DNA from: an uncultured delta proteobacterium
Lineage (GTDB): Bacteria; Myxococcota_A; Polyangia; Fen-1088
Assembly (NCBI GenBank): GCA_963796685.1
Contig: CAWCMR010000011.1
Span: 96,001-160,000 of the forward strand
Length of the DNA stretch: 64,000 bases
Direction of reading: 5' to 3'
Shown: positions 12,097 through 21,024 of the stretch, in pieces
Layout of the letters: every line of letters starts with the position of its first letter
Position numbering within the stretch: position 1 is the first letter of the stretch
Notes under the pieces: generated by a model
The model's database searches: none
Told to the model about the DNA's origin: nothing
Seen by the model: only the letters and a program-made list of their open reading frames with translations
Position numbers and translations under genes: made by a program

Positions 12097-12929
12097 GAGC
12101 CGTCCTTTTCAGCGCTCGCGTGCGCCGCGGGTCTCGCGTGCAAGGTCAAGAAGCGCACCACCGCTTCGCACAGCTGCGCGTGCTCGACATCGACCGCGAC
12201 CAGGTGCCCCGATCGGGGCAGCCACAGCCGTTCCACGACCTCGGACGCAAGGCTGCCCGCCAGCTCGAAGGACGCTTGCTGGGGAACGGTGCGATCGCGC
12301 TCGCCGTGTACGACCAGCGCCGGGGGGTGGATGAAGGTGAGGTCGCGGCGCACCACCTCGGCAAGCTCGATCACCTCGACGATTCCCGCCAGGGGCATTT
12401 CGGTGAGCGTGGGGTTTTCCATGCGGACTTTCTCGTCGGTGACGTCGCTGCCTCCATGCTTGCGAAGCGTGGCCAGGGGGCCGCGGCGAAGGAAGCCGGG
12501 CAGATGCGTCCAGGCGCGGGCCAGCGCAATGTGAACGTCGCGTAGCCGCAGCGGCGCGGACATGACCACCAGCGCCGAGACGTCGTGCGGGTGCAGGCGC
12601 GCCAGCCGCAGGGCCAAAAGCCCGCCCATGGAAAATCCCACCAGCGCCACCGGCCTTGGTCCGAAGCTCTCTCTCAGGCGGTCGAACGCAGCCTCCGCCG
12701 AGGCGAGCCAGTCTTGCCATTGCGTCGTCGCCAGGACGGCGGCACTTTCGCCGTGGCCGGCGAGCATCGGGGCGGACACCGCGAAGCCCGCGCCGGCCAG
12801 GCCGTGCGCCAGTGGCGCGACTTCGTAGGGGGTGCCGGTGAAGCCGTGCAGGCACAGCACCGCCGGCCCGTTGCCGGGGAGAAAGATTGGCGATTTGTCG
12901 CCGCTGCCGGGTACGCGCACCGGGGTCAC
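12093..12929 (-). CDS. Alpha/beta hydrolase (carboxylesterase/monoacylglycerol lipase-like)
   Basis: LHGFTGTP, nucleophile elbow GFSMGG, GERDRTV, SGHLV. Confidence 0.88.
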   Translation of the reverse strand: MTPVRVPGSGDKSPIFLPGNGPAVLCLHGFTGTPYEVAPLAHGLAGAGFAVSAPMLAGHGESAAVLATTQWQDWLASAEAAFDRLRESFGPRPVALVGFSMGGLLALRLARLHPHDVSALVVMSAPLRLRDVHIALARAWTHLPGFLRRGPLATLRKHGGSDVTDEKVRMENPTLTEMPLAGIVEVIELAEVVRRDLTFIHPPALVVHGERDRTVPQQASFELAGSLASEVVERLWLPRSGHLVAVDVEHAQLCEAVVRFLTLHARPAAHASAEKDGS

Positions 12930-12994
12930 GAGACGCCAATCATAGTGGGGGACGCGCGGCGGGGAAAGCTCCGCCCCCCTGAAAACAATTCGCC

Positions 12995-13110
12995 CCGCGT
13001 CGCCCCGCGCAGCGAGGCGGGCGAGGGGCGCGCGAAAGAGCGAGCGCGTCGGCCCCTCACCTGCCGCGCTTCGCGCGGCGTCCTCTCCCCGCGTGACCGC
13101 GGGGCGAGGA
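12995..13110. repeat. Degenerate REP-like doublet (same family as the array)
   Basis: CGCCCCGCGCAGCG...; GGCCCCTCACC...CCTCTCCCCGCG-TGAC-CGCGGGGCGAGG. Confidence 0.7.
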
Positions 13111-13215
13111 GATATGGCCGCTGCGCGGCCGCCAGGAAGCCAATCCGGGTTTCAGTCGCAGGCTTCTCAATACCTTGCACTCGGCACCCCTGAAACCACC
13201 TCGCCCCGCGCAGCG

Positions 13216-13260
13216 GGGGGACTGCGAGCGAGAGCGAGCCAGTCCCCCGTAAGATACAAG
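13216..13260 (-). mobile_element. Solo 45-bp remnant of the IS110 left end, including the core
   Basis: Identical to 5314-5358 (GGGGGACTGCGAGCGAGAGCGAGCCAGTCCCCCGTAAGATACAAG); fused to a REP half at 13193-13218. Confidence 0.88.
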
Positions 13261-13319
13261 GAGCAGTCACGGTTTCGCACTCGGCACCCGCCCGCTCCGA
13301 TCATGGTGAATAGTGCGGG

Positions 13320-14096
13320 CTACGTGTCGGCGGTGAAGGCCGGTTCGGCGACGACCTGGCGCATCAGCGTGTCGACCTGGCCGAGCTGGCTTTCGCTGCC
13401 CTGCACGGCCAGCCAGATGCAGCCTTCGGCGCCGCCGACCCCGCCCGCCCCGGACAACACGGCGTGGGTGCCGGTGGCGAGATGGAGGGCGTCGATCTCG
13501 GTGAACACCAGGCCCGGCAAGGGGCATAGCCTTGGCCCCTTGGCGTCGCCCGAGGCCAAGCGGTTGGCGAGGTCCAGCAAGCTCCCGTGAACGCGCTTCT
13601 CCAGGCCGACGGGTATGATCAGCTTGGTTCGACGTCCCATGACGGCCGGGAGCACGGCAGCCATTGGACCACCGTCGGGATGATCGATGAAGTTGGCCGC
13701 CTGACCGGCAATCACGTCGATGGCGTTGGCGCCCTTCACGATGACGTCGTTCTCGCCCAGCTCGCCCGCCACGCCGAAGATGGTCTCGGTCCGTTTCCAC
13801 ACGCCCTTGTCGATGACGACATCGCCGGGAAAGCCGCTGCTGTCGGGCAGTCGGCCGTGCGCGGCCGTGATCCACGCCGGAGACACGGTGACGCCGCGAA
13901 AGAAATGCTGGCGGGAAAAGCCCACTGCCTGGCCAAGGTGCGACAGGATCTCCTCGGCGACGTAGCCGTTGGTCGTGCCGGCCACGATGACCAGCCGGCC
14001 GCGGTGCAGAACCTGGGTTACGAGTGGGTGCGAAACCAGCGCCTTGGCGATGAGGCGCTTTCCCGCGGCGGGGGTCAGTGGATATTGTCTAATCAT
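13320..14096 (-). CDS. Conserved hypothetical protein (possible sugar isomerase/CoA-transferase-like fold)
   Basis: ORF starting MIRQYPLTPAAGKRLIAKA with AGTTNGYVAEE, KGANAID and PVGLEK; globular composition. Fold is a guess. Confidence 0.7.
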   Translation of the reverse strand: MIRQYPLTPAAGKRLIAKALVSHPLVTQVLHRGRLVIVAGTTNGYVAEEILSHLGQAVGFSRQHFFRGVTVSPAWITAAHGRLPDSSGFPGDVVIDKGVWKRTETIFGVAGELGENDVIVKGANAIDVIAGQAANFIDHPDGGPMAAVLPAVMGRRTKLIIPVGLEKRVHGSLLDLANRLASGDAKGPRLCPLPGLVFTEIDALHLATGTHAVLSGAGGVGGAEGCIWLAVQGSESQLGQVDTLMRQVVAEPAFTADT

Positions 14097-14203
14097 GGCT
14101 CGAGGCAGCCCCTTCCGCGCCAAGCATGGCACGATCGCCGGTTTTGCGATGCGGGAATTTGGCGTGCCGCCGGCGAGCCTCGCTCGGAGCGGGCGCACGC
14201 GCT

Positions 14204-15046
14204 ATGCTGGCCAGCTTGAAGTCACCTCGCAGCCTGGCCGTGACCTTGTTCGCCATCGCCCAGGGTGCGGTTTCGCCCGTATTGGCCGACGACCTCTCGC
14301 TCTCGCCCGGCCAGGCTCTTGCGGCGCGCGCCGGTGCCATGTCCGAGCCCGAGCGTGTCCGCTCGCTTTCGGCGTTGCCGCTCGGCGAGCGCGGGGCATT
14401 CTTCCGCTCGCTGGGGGTGGCCGACATCGTGGCCTTCGGACGCCAGTCGCTGGAGGGACTTGGCGTCTACCACGCGCGCGTGACCCGCGAGGAGCGCGTC
14501 CACGGCCACCTGTGCGGCCCCGATGTGGTCGAGGTGACCGTGCGCGAGAAGCCGCATGCGGTGCTGCTGGAGTTCGTCGCTGGCGCGCACAAAGGACGAC
14601 GTGCGCTCTACAACGTCGAGCTGCGACCGTACCAGATGCTGGCGCGCGAGTCGGGCATCCTCGGCCTGTTCGCCATGTGGCTTTCGATCGACAGCAGCAT
14701 CGTCCGTCGCTACACCAACCACACCATCGCCGAGGTTGGGTTCGGGGCCATGCTCGACGTCATGCAGGCCGATCAAGCCAAGGCGGCCACCGTGGGAGGC
14801 TACCATCGCAGCGACGAGGGCATCGACGGGCGGGGATTCTACTGCATGTTCTTCTCGGCGCCGAAGGGCGCCAACGACCTCTACGCCACACGGCTCCGCT
14901 ACTGCGTGGACAGCACGCTGGAGTTGCCTATGAAGATCGAGGTCTTCGACGACAAGGGGCGGCGCGAGTACGTCGAGTACCAGGATCTGCAGAGGCGACT
15001 GACCGTGAAGAAGGATTTCTTCACCCCGCGCGGAGCGGGTCTCTAG
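14204..15046 (+). CDS. Exported DUF1571-like protein
   Basis: Signal peptide; REERVHG, TNHTIAEVGFG and LELPMKIEVFD...EYVEYQDL resemble DUF1571. Confidence 0.6.
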   Translation: MLASLKSPRSLAVTLFAIAQGAVSPVLADDLSLSPGQALAARAGAMSEPERVRSLSALPLGERGAFFRSLGVADIVAFGRQSLEGLGVYHARVTREERVHGHLCGPDVVEVTVREKPHAVLLEFVAGAHKGRRALYNVELRPYQMLARESGILGLFAMWLSIDSSIVRRYTNHTIAEVGFGAMLDVMQADQAKAATVGGYHRSDEGIDGRGFYCMFFSAPKGANDLYATRLRYCVDSTLELPMKIEVFDDKGRREYVEYQDLQRRLTVKKDFFTPRGAGL

Positions 15047-15059
15047 CCTCCTCTAGCCC

Positions 15060-15782
15060 TCAGCCGCCTGGCGCGGTCACGACCACGCGCCAGGGGAACA
15101 GGCGCTGTACGCGATGGCCGGCAGGGTAACCTGCCTGCAGGCAAGCCGCCTGCAACTCGGGTACGCGGAAGCCCTTGCGAATCGACAGGCGCCCGTCGGC
15201 GTAGACGAAGCTCTTGTGGAAGGCCACGCCGGCGAGAGCGGTGTAGAGCCAATAGGCTGCGGCCGAGCGTTCGAGGTCGTTGATGAGCATGCGCCGTCTC
15301 GCGGCGAGACGCAGCTTGCGCAGAACCTCAACCACGTCGTCGGGCGGGATGTGATGAAGCACGTGGTTGCAGTAGACATAGTCTGCGGGCTCGTCCAGCC
15401 CGGCCAGGTCGTCGATGCTGCCTTGCCGGATGCGGACCTCGGGGTAGGGCGCGAGGGTTTGCCGTGCGCGGGCCACCGCGCGCGGATCGCTGTCCATGCC
15501 CACCAGACGCAAGTCGACGCCGGCGCGGGCGCCGGCCCGGGCCAGCGATGCCAGCACATCGCCGCCGCCGCACCCGATCTCCAGCACCGTGGCGGGACCA
15601 CCGATGCGCGCGGCATCCGCGACCACGTGGCGGCGAAGCAGGCCGCGCATGCGCGAGAGGGTCTTGTTGATGAGCGCCAGATGCGCGTAGCTGCGGCGCA
15701 GTTTCTCGGCATCGCAATCGCGAGCATCGATGGCCTCGGCTACATAGATTCGATGCTCGAACCGGGAGCCCTTGCCCGGCAT
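15060..15782 (-). CDS. SAM-dependent methyltransferase (type III PKS-associated)
   Basis: VLEIGCGGGD, NHVLHH, INDLER, DGRLSIRKGF. Confidence 0.88.
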   Translation of the reverse strand: MPGKGSRFEHRIYVAEAIDARDCDAEKLRRSYAHLALINKTLSRMRGLLRRHVVADAARIGGPATVLEIGCGGGDVLASLARAGARAGVDLRLVGMDSDPRAVARARQTLAPYPEVRIRQGSIDDLAGLDEPADYVYCNHVLHHIPPDDVVEVLRKLRLAARRRMLINDLERSAAAYWLYTALAGVAFHKSFVYADGRLSIRKGFRVPELQAACLQAGYPAGHRVQRLFPWRVVVTAPGG

Positions 15783-16900
15783 CACGGGCCCCCCGGATGC
15801 TCCAGCAGCGCCGACTCGAGGGTCAGGCCGGGGCCAAAGCCGCATGCGTACACCAGGCCGGCTTGCGGCTCTCGGCGCACGCGATCGAGCAAGAACCACA
15901 GGGTGGTCGAGCTCATGTTGCCGCACGTGCGGAGCACCTCGCGCGGGATGGCCAGGTCCGACGCATCGATGGCGAGCGCCCTTTGCGCCTGTTCCAGGAT
16001 GGCGGGGCCGCCGGGATGAATGGCCCAATGCCGGATCTGTTCTCGGCTGGCACCCAATTCGTGCAAGAGCGCCTCGAACGCGGAGGGCAGATGCTTGCGC
16101 AGCAGATGGGGCACCCGCGGCGAGAGCGTCATGTGGAAACCGTGGTCGCCCAAGGTCCAGGTCATGTCCTCCTCTCCGCTCGCGAGCAGAAAGGCCCCCG
16201 CGCCCCGCACGGCGAGCGGCGTGCCTTGCCCGAGGTGCGCGTGAGCGTCGCCGCCCACCAAGGCCGCGGCCGCCCCGTCGGCGAACAGGGAATCGGCGAT
16301 CAAGGTCTCCGGGTCGGTGTCGAAGTGGACGTGCAGGCTGCACAGCTCCACGTGGACGATGAGCACCAGGGCCGAGGGATCGGCCTTGCAGATGAGGTGG
16401 GCGAGCTTCAAGGTCGAGAAGCCGGCGTAACACCCCATGAACCCCACATGGGTGCGGTGCACCCGCGGCGAAAGGCCGAGGGTGCGAGCCAAGTGGATGT
16501 CGAACCCGGGAGCCGCGAAGCCGGTACAGCTGGCGGTCACGAGATGCGTGACTTGGGCCGGCCATGCGGAGGGAGCGAGCGCCTGGCACGCTTGCACGGC
16601 GAGCCCTTTGCTTTCGCGGTCGAAGAGCTCGTTGCGCGCCCGGGTGGTCGGCTCCGGGCGAAGGTCGCGTGTGCGGGGAAAGAACGTGCGCTCTTCCATC
16701 GCTCGCCCGTAATCCGCGATGACCGTGTGGCGCCTTTCGATGCCGGACGCCATGAGCAGGCGCTCCACGAAGGCGAGCGCCTCGGGCTCGTCCTCAAACA
16801 CCTGGCGTGCGATGTCCACGGATTGCTCGCGCGTGCAGACGTGTCCCGGCAAGGCCGTGGCGGTGGCGAGGACGCACGGGTTCTTGGCTGGTCCGATCAT
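15782..16900 (-). CDS. Type III polyketide synthase
   Basis: Cys-His-Asn triad (FMGCYAG, WAIHPGG, GNMSS); ELCSLH, LFADGAAA, GFGPGLT. Confidence 0.95.
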   Translation of the reverse strand: MIGPAKNPCVLATATALPGHVCTREQSVDIARQVFEDEPEALAFVERLLMASGIERRHTVIADYGRAMEERTFFPRTRDLRPEPTTRARNELFDRESKGLAVQACQALAPSAWPAQVTHLVTASCTGFAAPGFDIHLARTLGLSPRVHRTHVGFMGCYAGFSTLKLAHLICKADPSALVLIVHVELCSLHVHFDTDPETLIADSLFADGAAAALVGGDAHAHLGQGTPLAVRGAGAFLLASGEEDMTWTLGDHGFHMTLSPRVPHLLRKHLPSAFEALLHELGASREQIRHWAIHPGGPAILEQAQRALAIDASDLAIPREVLRTCGNMSSTTLWFLLDRVRREPQAGLVYACGFGPGLTLESALLEHPGGP

Positions 16901-18033
16901 GCGGTCTCCTTGGCCCCAGAGGCGTCGCGGACGCGCGTGCGGCGGGCCACCGCAGGCATGAGCCACGGTACCAAGGCCAGCGCGGTCATGGCGGCGCGGG
17001 CAAAAGCGGGGCGTTGCAGGAGGCGATGGAGCGGCATGGCGTTGCGCAGGACCTGGTCGGCCATGGTGCGTGCTTCCTGGGCGTAGAGCAAAGGCGCGGT
17101 GGCGGGCGGAGAGCGCAGGATGTGGCGGGCCGCCAGGGCACCGGTGGCCATGGCAAACGACATCCCGGTGCCGGTGAAGGACGGCAGCATCGCGAACTGA
17201 TCGCCGACCACGAACAGCCCCGGCTCGGCGCTGGCGTCGCAATGGCCATAGGGCAGATTGGCGATGGTCTTGGGCCGGTTCCACCGGGGCGCGGCCTGGG
17301 CGAGCACCTGGGCGAGCAACGGCGCACCATCTGCCAGGGCATCGAGCAGGGCCAGCGGCCCCTGCCGGTGCCGTTGCAACAGCGCCGGTTGCACGAGCAG
17401 GCTGACCGTGGCCAGATCGTCGGCCACGCGGGCAATGCCGCCGTATCCCCCGGCGAAAAAGAACAGCGCCAGGGTTTCTTCGAGGGCGCGCAGCAGCTGC
17501 GGGCCAAGGCGGTCAAAGCTCATCTTCCAGCCGAGCAGGGGGGGACCAGGGGCGGCCCGTCGTTCGTGCAGCTTGCCCGCGCTGTGTTTGCCGGTGGCCA
17601 GGACCAAGGTGCGCGCCGAGAACGTGCGCCCTGGGGTGGCCAGCTCGAAACCGTCTCCGACACGGGCCACGGCACGCACGTGCGCGCCCATCTCGACCTC
17701 CACCCCGGCGTCGCGTGCCGCCTGCAACAGCCAGCCGTCGAGAAAGGCTCGGCTGACGCTTCGTCCTGCGAAGGGCAACTGCAAGCACCAACTCCGGCCC
17801 CGGTTCTCCAGGCGGAGGGTGCGCAGGGTGGCCGCCTGGGCGCGCGCCCAGGGAAAGTCGAGGGCGTCGAGGCGCGCCACCGCTTCCGGCGAGAGGAACT
17901 CGCCACACACCTTGTCGCTTGCCTGCGGGCTGCGCTCGAGCAGGCGACAGCCGACTCCGCCGCGCGCGAGCGTGAGCGCGGCCAAGCAACCCGCGGGGCC
18001 ACCGCCCAGCACCAGCACAGAGCCCGAATCCAT
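16897..18033 (-). CDS. FAD-dependent oxidoreductase/monooxygenase
   Basis: GGGPAG, KVCGEFLSPE, ATGK, VGDQ...SFTGTGM. Confidence 0.9.
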   Translation of the reverse strand: MDSGSVLVLGGGPAGCLAALTLARGGVGCRLLERSPQASDKVCGEFLSPEAVARLDALDFPWARAQAATLRTLRLENRGRSWCLQLPFAGRSVSRAFLDGWLLQAARDAGVEVEMGAHVRAVARVGDGFELATPGRTFSARTLVLATGKHSAGKLHERRAAPGPPLLGWKMSFDRLGPQLLRALEETLALFFFAGGYGGIARVADDLATVSLLVQPALLQRHRQGPLALLDALADGAPLLAQVLAQAAPRWNRPKTIANLPYGHCDASAEPGLFVVGDQFAMLPSFTGTGMSFAMATGALAARHILRSPPATAPLLYAQEARTMADQVLRNAMPLHRLLQRPAFARAAMTALALVPWLMPAVARRTRVRDASGAKETA

Positions 18034-18048
18034 CGAAGCACGACCAGG

Positions 18049-18355
18049 CTAGCCGCCCTGGCCGCCAGCGACCCGGGCTCGCGCTGCCGAGAGCTCGCCC
18101 ATCACGTGCGACACCACGTCGCCCACGGTTCGAAAGGTCGCCGCGGCCTCCCGGGTGATGCGCACGTCGACCAAGTCCTCGAGCTCGAAGATCAGCTCGA
18201 CGGCAGCGAAGGAATCCAGCCCCAGATCGTCGCGCAGGCGGGCGGATTCGGTCAGCACCAGCGAGGCGGGCTCGCGGGCGGCGACCTTGACCAGGGCTGC
18301 GCCCAGCTTCTCGATGATGTCTTCGCGTGAAGGGACAGCGGAGAAGCTCGGTCAT
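18049..18355 (-). CDS. Acyl carrier protein; probable +1 frameshift near 18345
   Basis: DLGLDS phosphopantetheine motif and ELIFELED. The ATG overlapping the KAS stop (ATGA) is out of frame by one base. Confidence 0.85.
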
Positions 18356-19626
18356 GATTCATATCTCCCGAAGAGCAGCGACACGTTGATATTGCCGAAC
18401 CCGAACGAGTTGGAGAGCGCCACGCGCGTGCCGGCTCGCGCCTCGAACGCCGTCGCCGCGGTGACCACGTGCAAGGCGCAAGCCGGATCGGGTGACGAGA
18501 GATTGGCATTCGGGGGCACCACGCCGGCTTCCAGGGCCTTCACGCAGGCCAGGGCTTCCAGGGCACCGGCCGCGCCCAGGGTGTGTCCCGTGACGGGCTT
18601 GATGGACGAGACAGGCGTGCGCGCGAGCTCTTCGCCGAACACCAGGCGCATGGCCCGTGCTTCTGCGATGTCGTTCTCGCGCGTCCCGGTGCCGTGCGCG
18701 TTCACATAGCCGACGCGGTCGGGCGTCATGCCGGCGTCGCGCAAGGCGGCCCGCATGGCGGCGGCCGCGTCCTCCCCATCGGGCCGGGCATGGACGGGAT
18801 GGTAGCCACCCAGGCTCTGCCCGTAGCCGCACACGCGCGCGTAGACGCGAGCGCCTCGCGACGTCGCGTGGTCCAGGGATTCGAGCACCAAGGCGCCGGC
18901 GCCTTCGCCGAGCACGAAGCCGTCGCGCCGTTCGTCGAAAGGCTTGCAGGCAGCGCCGGGAGGCCCGGGTGCCTGGGACAGCACGCCCAGCAACGAAAAC
19001 GCGGTCAGGGAAAAATGCGTGAGGGGCGCTTCGGCCCCGCCCGCAACGATCACGTCGGCGTCGCCACACTGGATGGTACGCAAGGCCTGACCGAGGGCGT
19101 GGGCGGAGGATGCGCATGCGCTCGTGACCACGAAACCGGGACCGCGCAGGGCGAGGGCCTCTGCGATCTCCGTGACCATCGCGGTGGCCGACACGCGGGG
19201 AACCGTGTGGGGATGGACGCGATTTTCGTGGGTGCGCAGCACGCGCCACATCTGCTCTTCTTGAAACTGGATGCCGCCGATTCCCGACCCCAGGATCACG
19301 CCGACTCGCTCGCCCAGCGCCGCGTCTGCCGGCAAGGAAAAGCCCGCGTCGCGCCAGGCTTGCCGGCAGGCGACGGAGGCGAGCCTCACCACCCGTTCGG
19401 CACCGCGCGCCCCCGTGGCCCGCGCGGAATCCTCGAGCTCGCCATCGTCCACCGCGGCTTCATAGGGCGGGGCAGGCATTCCTTCGGGCTTGGCCACCGT
19501 GCGGCGGACGGCCGAGGTCCCGCTGCGGACGCGTTCCCAGAAAGTGGCGACGTCGCAGCCGGCCGCACTGGCCACCCCCAAGCCCGTGACCACGACATCG
19601 TTCCTCGCGCGATTTTTTTCCGGCAT
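18352..19626 (-). CDS. Beta-ketoacyl-ACP synthase II (FabF-like, cluster-dedicated)
   Basis: VVVTGLG; Cys-His-His triad in TSACASS, NAHGTGT and TGHTLGAAG; SNSFGFG. Confidence 0.93.
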   Translation of the reverse strand: MPEKNRARNDVVVTGLGVASAAGCDVATFWERVRSGTSAVRRTVAKPEGMPAPPYEAAVDDGELEDSARATGARGAERVVRLASVACRQAWRDAGFSLPADAALGERVGVILGSGIGGIQFQEEQMWRVLRTHENRVHPHTVPRVSATAMVTEIAEALALRGPGFVVTSACASSAHALGQALRTIQCGDADVIVAGGAEAPLTHFSLTAFSLLGVLSQAPGPPGAACKPFDERRDGFVLGEGAGALVLESLDHATSRGARVYARVCGYGQSLGGYHPVHARPDGEDAAAAMRAALRDAGMTPDRVGYVNAHGTGTRENDIAEARAMRLVFGEELARTPVSSIKPVTGHTLGAAGALEALACVKALEAGVVPPNANLSSPDPACALHVVTAATAFEARAGTRVALSNSFGFGNINVSLLFGRYES

Positions 19627-19774
19627 CGCGTTGGTTTGATGCCGGGGAGGCCCGCGTGGAGTCGGTCGCCCCCCTGACCGCTGTCGCACTAGGCGCTTTC
19701 AACAGTGAAAACCAGTACTTCGAAGGATAGATTGGGGTCCATGATGGGTCCATACTCTTCCTTCTCGCACTTCC

Positions 19775-19845
19775 CTCGGCATGGTTTTGCCCGACGCCGG
19801 AGCGAGCGACCTTCGGCCATCCCACGCTCATCGCCTACCTGCGCA
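19775..19845 (+). pseudogene. Degenerate, internally deleted copy of the mepA 5' region
   Basis: 19812-19845 matches 21274-21307 at 31 of 34 nt; 19775-19810 resembles 21049-21084. Confidence 0.65.
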
Positions 19846-19855
19846 TGACGCCATG

Positions 19856-19884
19856 TTGTCATGCTTGACCGGGTAGGGTAGACT
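19856..19884 (+). promoter_or_regulatory. Sigma70-type promoter, probably leaderless
   Basis: TTGTCA-17 nt-TAGACT, ending 6 nt before ATG 19891; no SD sequence. Confidence 0.6.
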
Positions 19885-19890
19885 GTCCGC

Positions 19891-20307
19891 ATGAGAAACC
19901 CTCATGCTGTCGCGCTAGGTCGCCTTGGTGGGCGAAAAGGGGGAGCGGCTCGCGCATCCCGCATGTTGCCTGACCGTCGGAAAGAAATCAGCAAGCTGGC
20001 GGCATCGGCGCGGTGGGACGGGCGTTTGCCCGAGCTGTTGCGCCCTCTGTTTTGGTCGTATCGCTTCGAGGATCTTCGGCTTCCCGCCTCGAAAGACCTG
20101 GTCATGCTGCACGTGCTGATCTATGGAGATACCAAACAGCGCAACTGGCTCCGGCGTAGGTTTGCCCCCGAGGAGATTCGGCGATGGATCTCGGATTGCA
20201 AAGGCAAGGGTTTGACTGTCGCGCAGATGAGCCCGTGGATTTCAGCGAACATCGCCAAGCGATGGCAGTCGAGCAGCGAAGGTGCTTTGATCTGGGAAAA
20301 CCGTTGA
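19891..20307 (+). CDS. Putative antitoxin: basic ALGRLGGRKGG N-terminus plus DUF6922-like domain
   Basis: LRPLFWSYRFEDL...HVLIYGD...WLRRRF; translationally coupled to a nucleotidyltransferase. Confidence 0.65.
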   Translation: MRNPHAVALGRLGGRKGGAARASRMLPDRRKEISKLAASARWDGRLPELLRPLFWSYRFEDLRLPASKDLVMLHVLIYGDTKQRNWLRRRFAPEEIRRWISDCKGKGLTVAQMSPWISANIAKRWQSSSEGALIWENR

Positions 20308-20984
20308 TTGCTCATTGGGAAGCTCTGCCGGCTCGGCAACAAGCCGTTTTCCGGGCTTGCGCGAAGATCTCTCGACGGTGGGGTGCCTACCTCGCCGGTG
20401 GCACCGCGCTCGCGCTTCATCTCGGGCATCGACAATCGGAAGATCTCGATTGGTTCACTCCCCAAACCGTTGTCCCCGACGATCTTCTCGTCGACGTGCA
20501 CGGGTTAGGCTTCCCGACCACGGTCAAGCAGAACGATGAAGGGACTTTCCTGGCAACGGTGGGCGATGTGAAGTTCAGCGTCTTTCGCTATCGCTATCCG
20601 ATGATCGATTGCTTCGTCGAGGTCGATGGCATCAATCTGGCTTCAGCCCGTGACTTGGCGGCGATGAAGTTGGCCGCGCTCATGGGACGGGCGACGAAAC
20701 GCGACTACATCGACGTCCATGTCTTGCTGACCGAAGGGCATCTGTCCTTGCCGGAAATGGTTCGAGCCTTCGAGCAAAAGTACCCGAAACACGAGGCGCA
20801 CGGCGCTCTTCGTGCGCTCACGTTTTTCGGTGACGTCGAGGGAAACATGCCGATCATGTTGGCTCCGACGACCTGGGAGAAAGTCACGACCGATCTTGCG
20901 CGACTGGTTCGACGATATTCCGACCAAGCCTCGCGAACCTTCACCGGCCAGGCCCCGAAGAAGCCGGTTTCTAAACGTTCTTGA
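20304..20984 (+). CDS. AbiEii/AbiGii-family nucleotidyltransferase toxin
   Basis: YLAGGTALALHLGHRQSEDLDWF, AMKLAAL..R...RDYIDV; TTG start overlaps the upstream TGA. Confidence 0.88.
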   Translation: MIAHWEALPARQQAVFRACAKISRRWGAYLAGGTALALHLGHRQSEDLDWFTPQTVVPDDLLVDVHGLGFPTTVKQNDEGTFLATVGDVKFSVFRYRYPMIDCFVEVDGINLASARDLAAMKLAALMGRATKRDYIDVHVLLTEGHLSLPEMVRAFEQKYPKHEAHGALRALTFFGDVEGNMPIMLAPTTWEKVTTDLARLVRRYSDQASRTFTGQAPKKPVSKRS

Positions 20985-21024
20985 TTGGCGAACCGCTGAC
21001 AACACGCGCAGATTGAGACTTCCG

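Noticed and set aside
19690-19850. tRNA or riboswitch upstream of the PKS operon
   Set aside because: No cloverleaf or T-loop motif. Part of it is explained as a mepA remnant. The short TTTCA-N4-TGAAA inverted repeat (19697-19710) is too weak to call.
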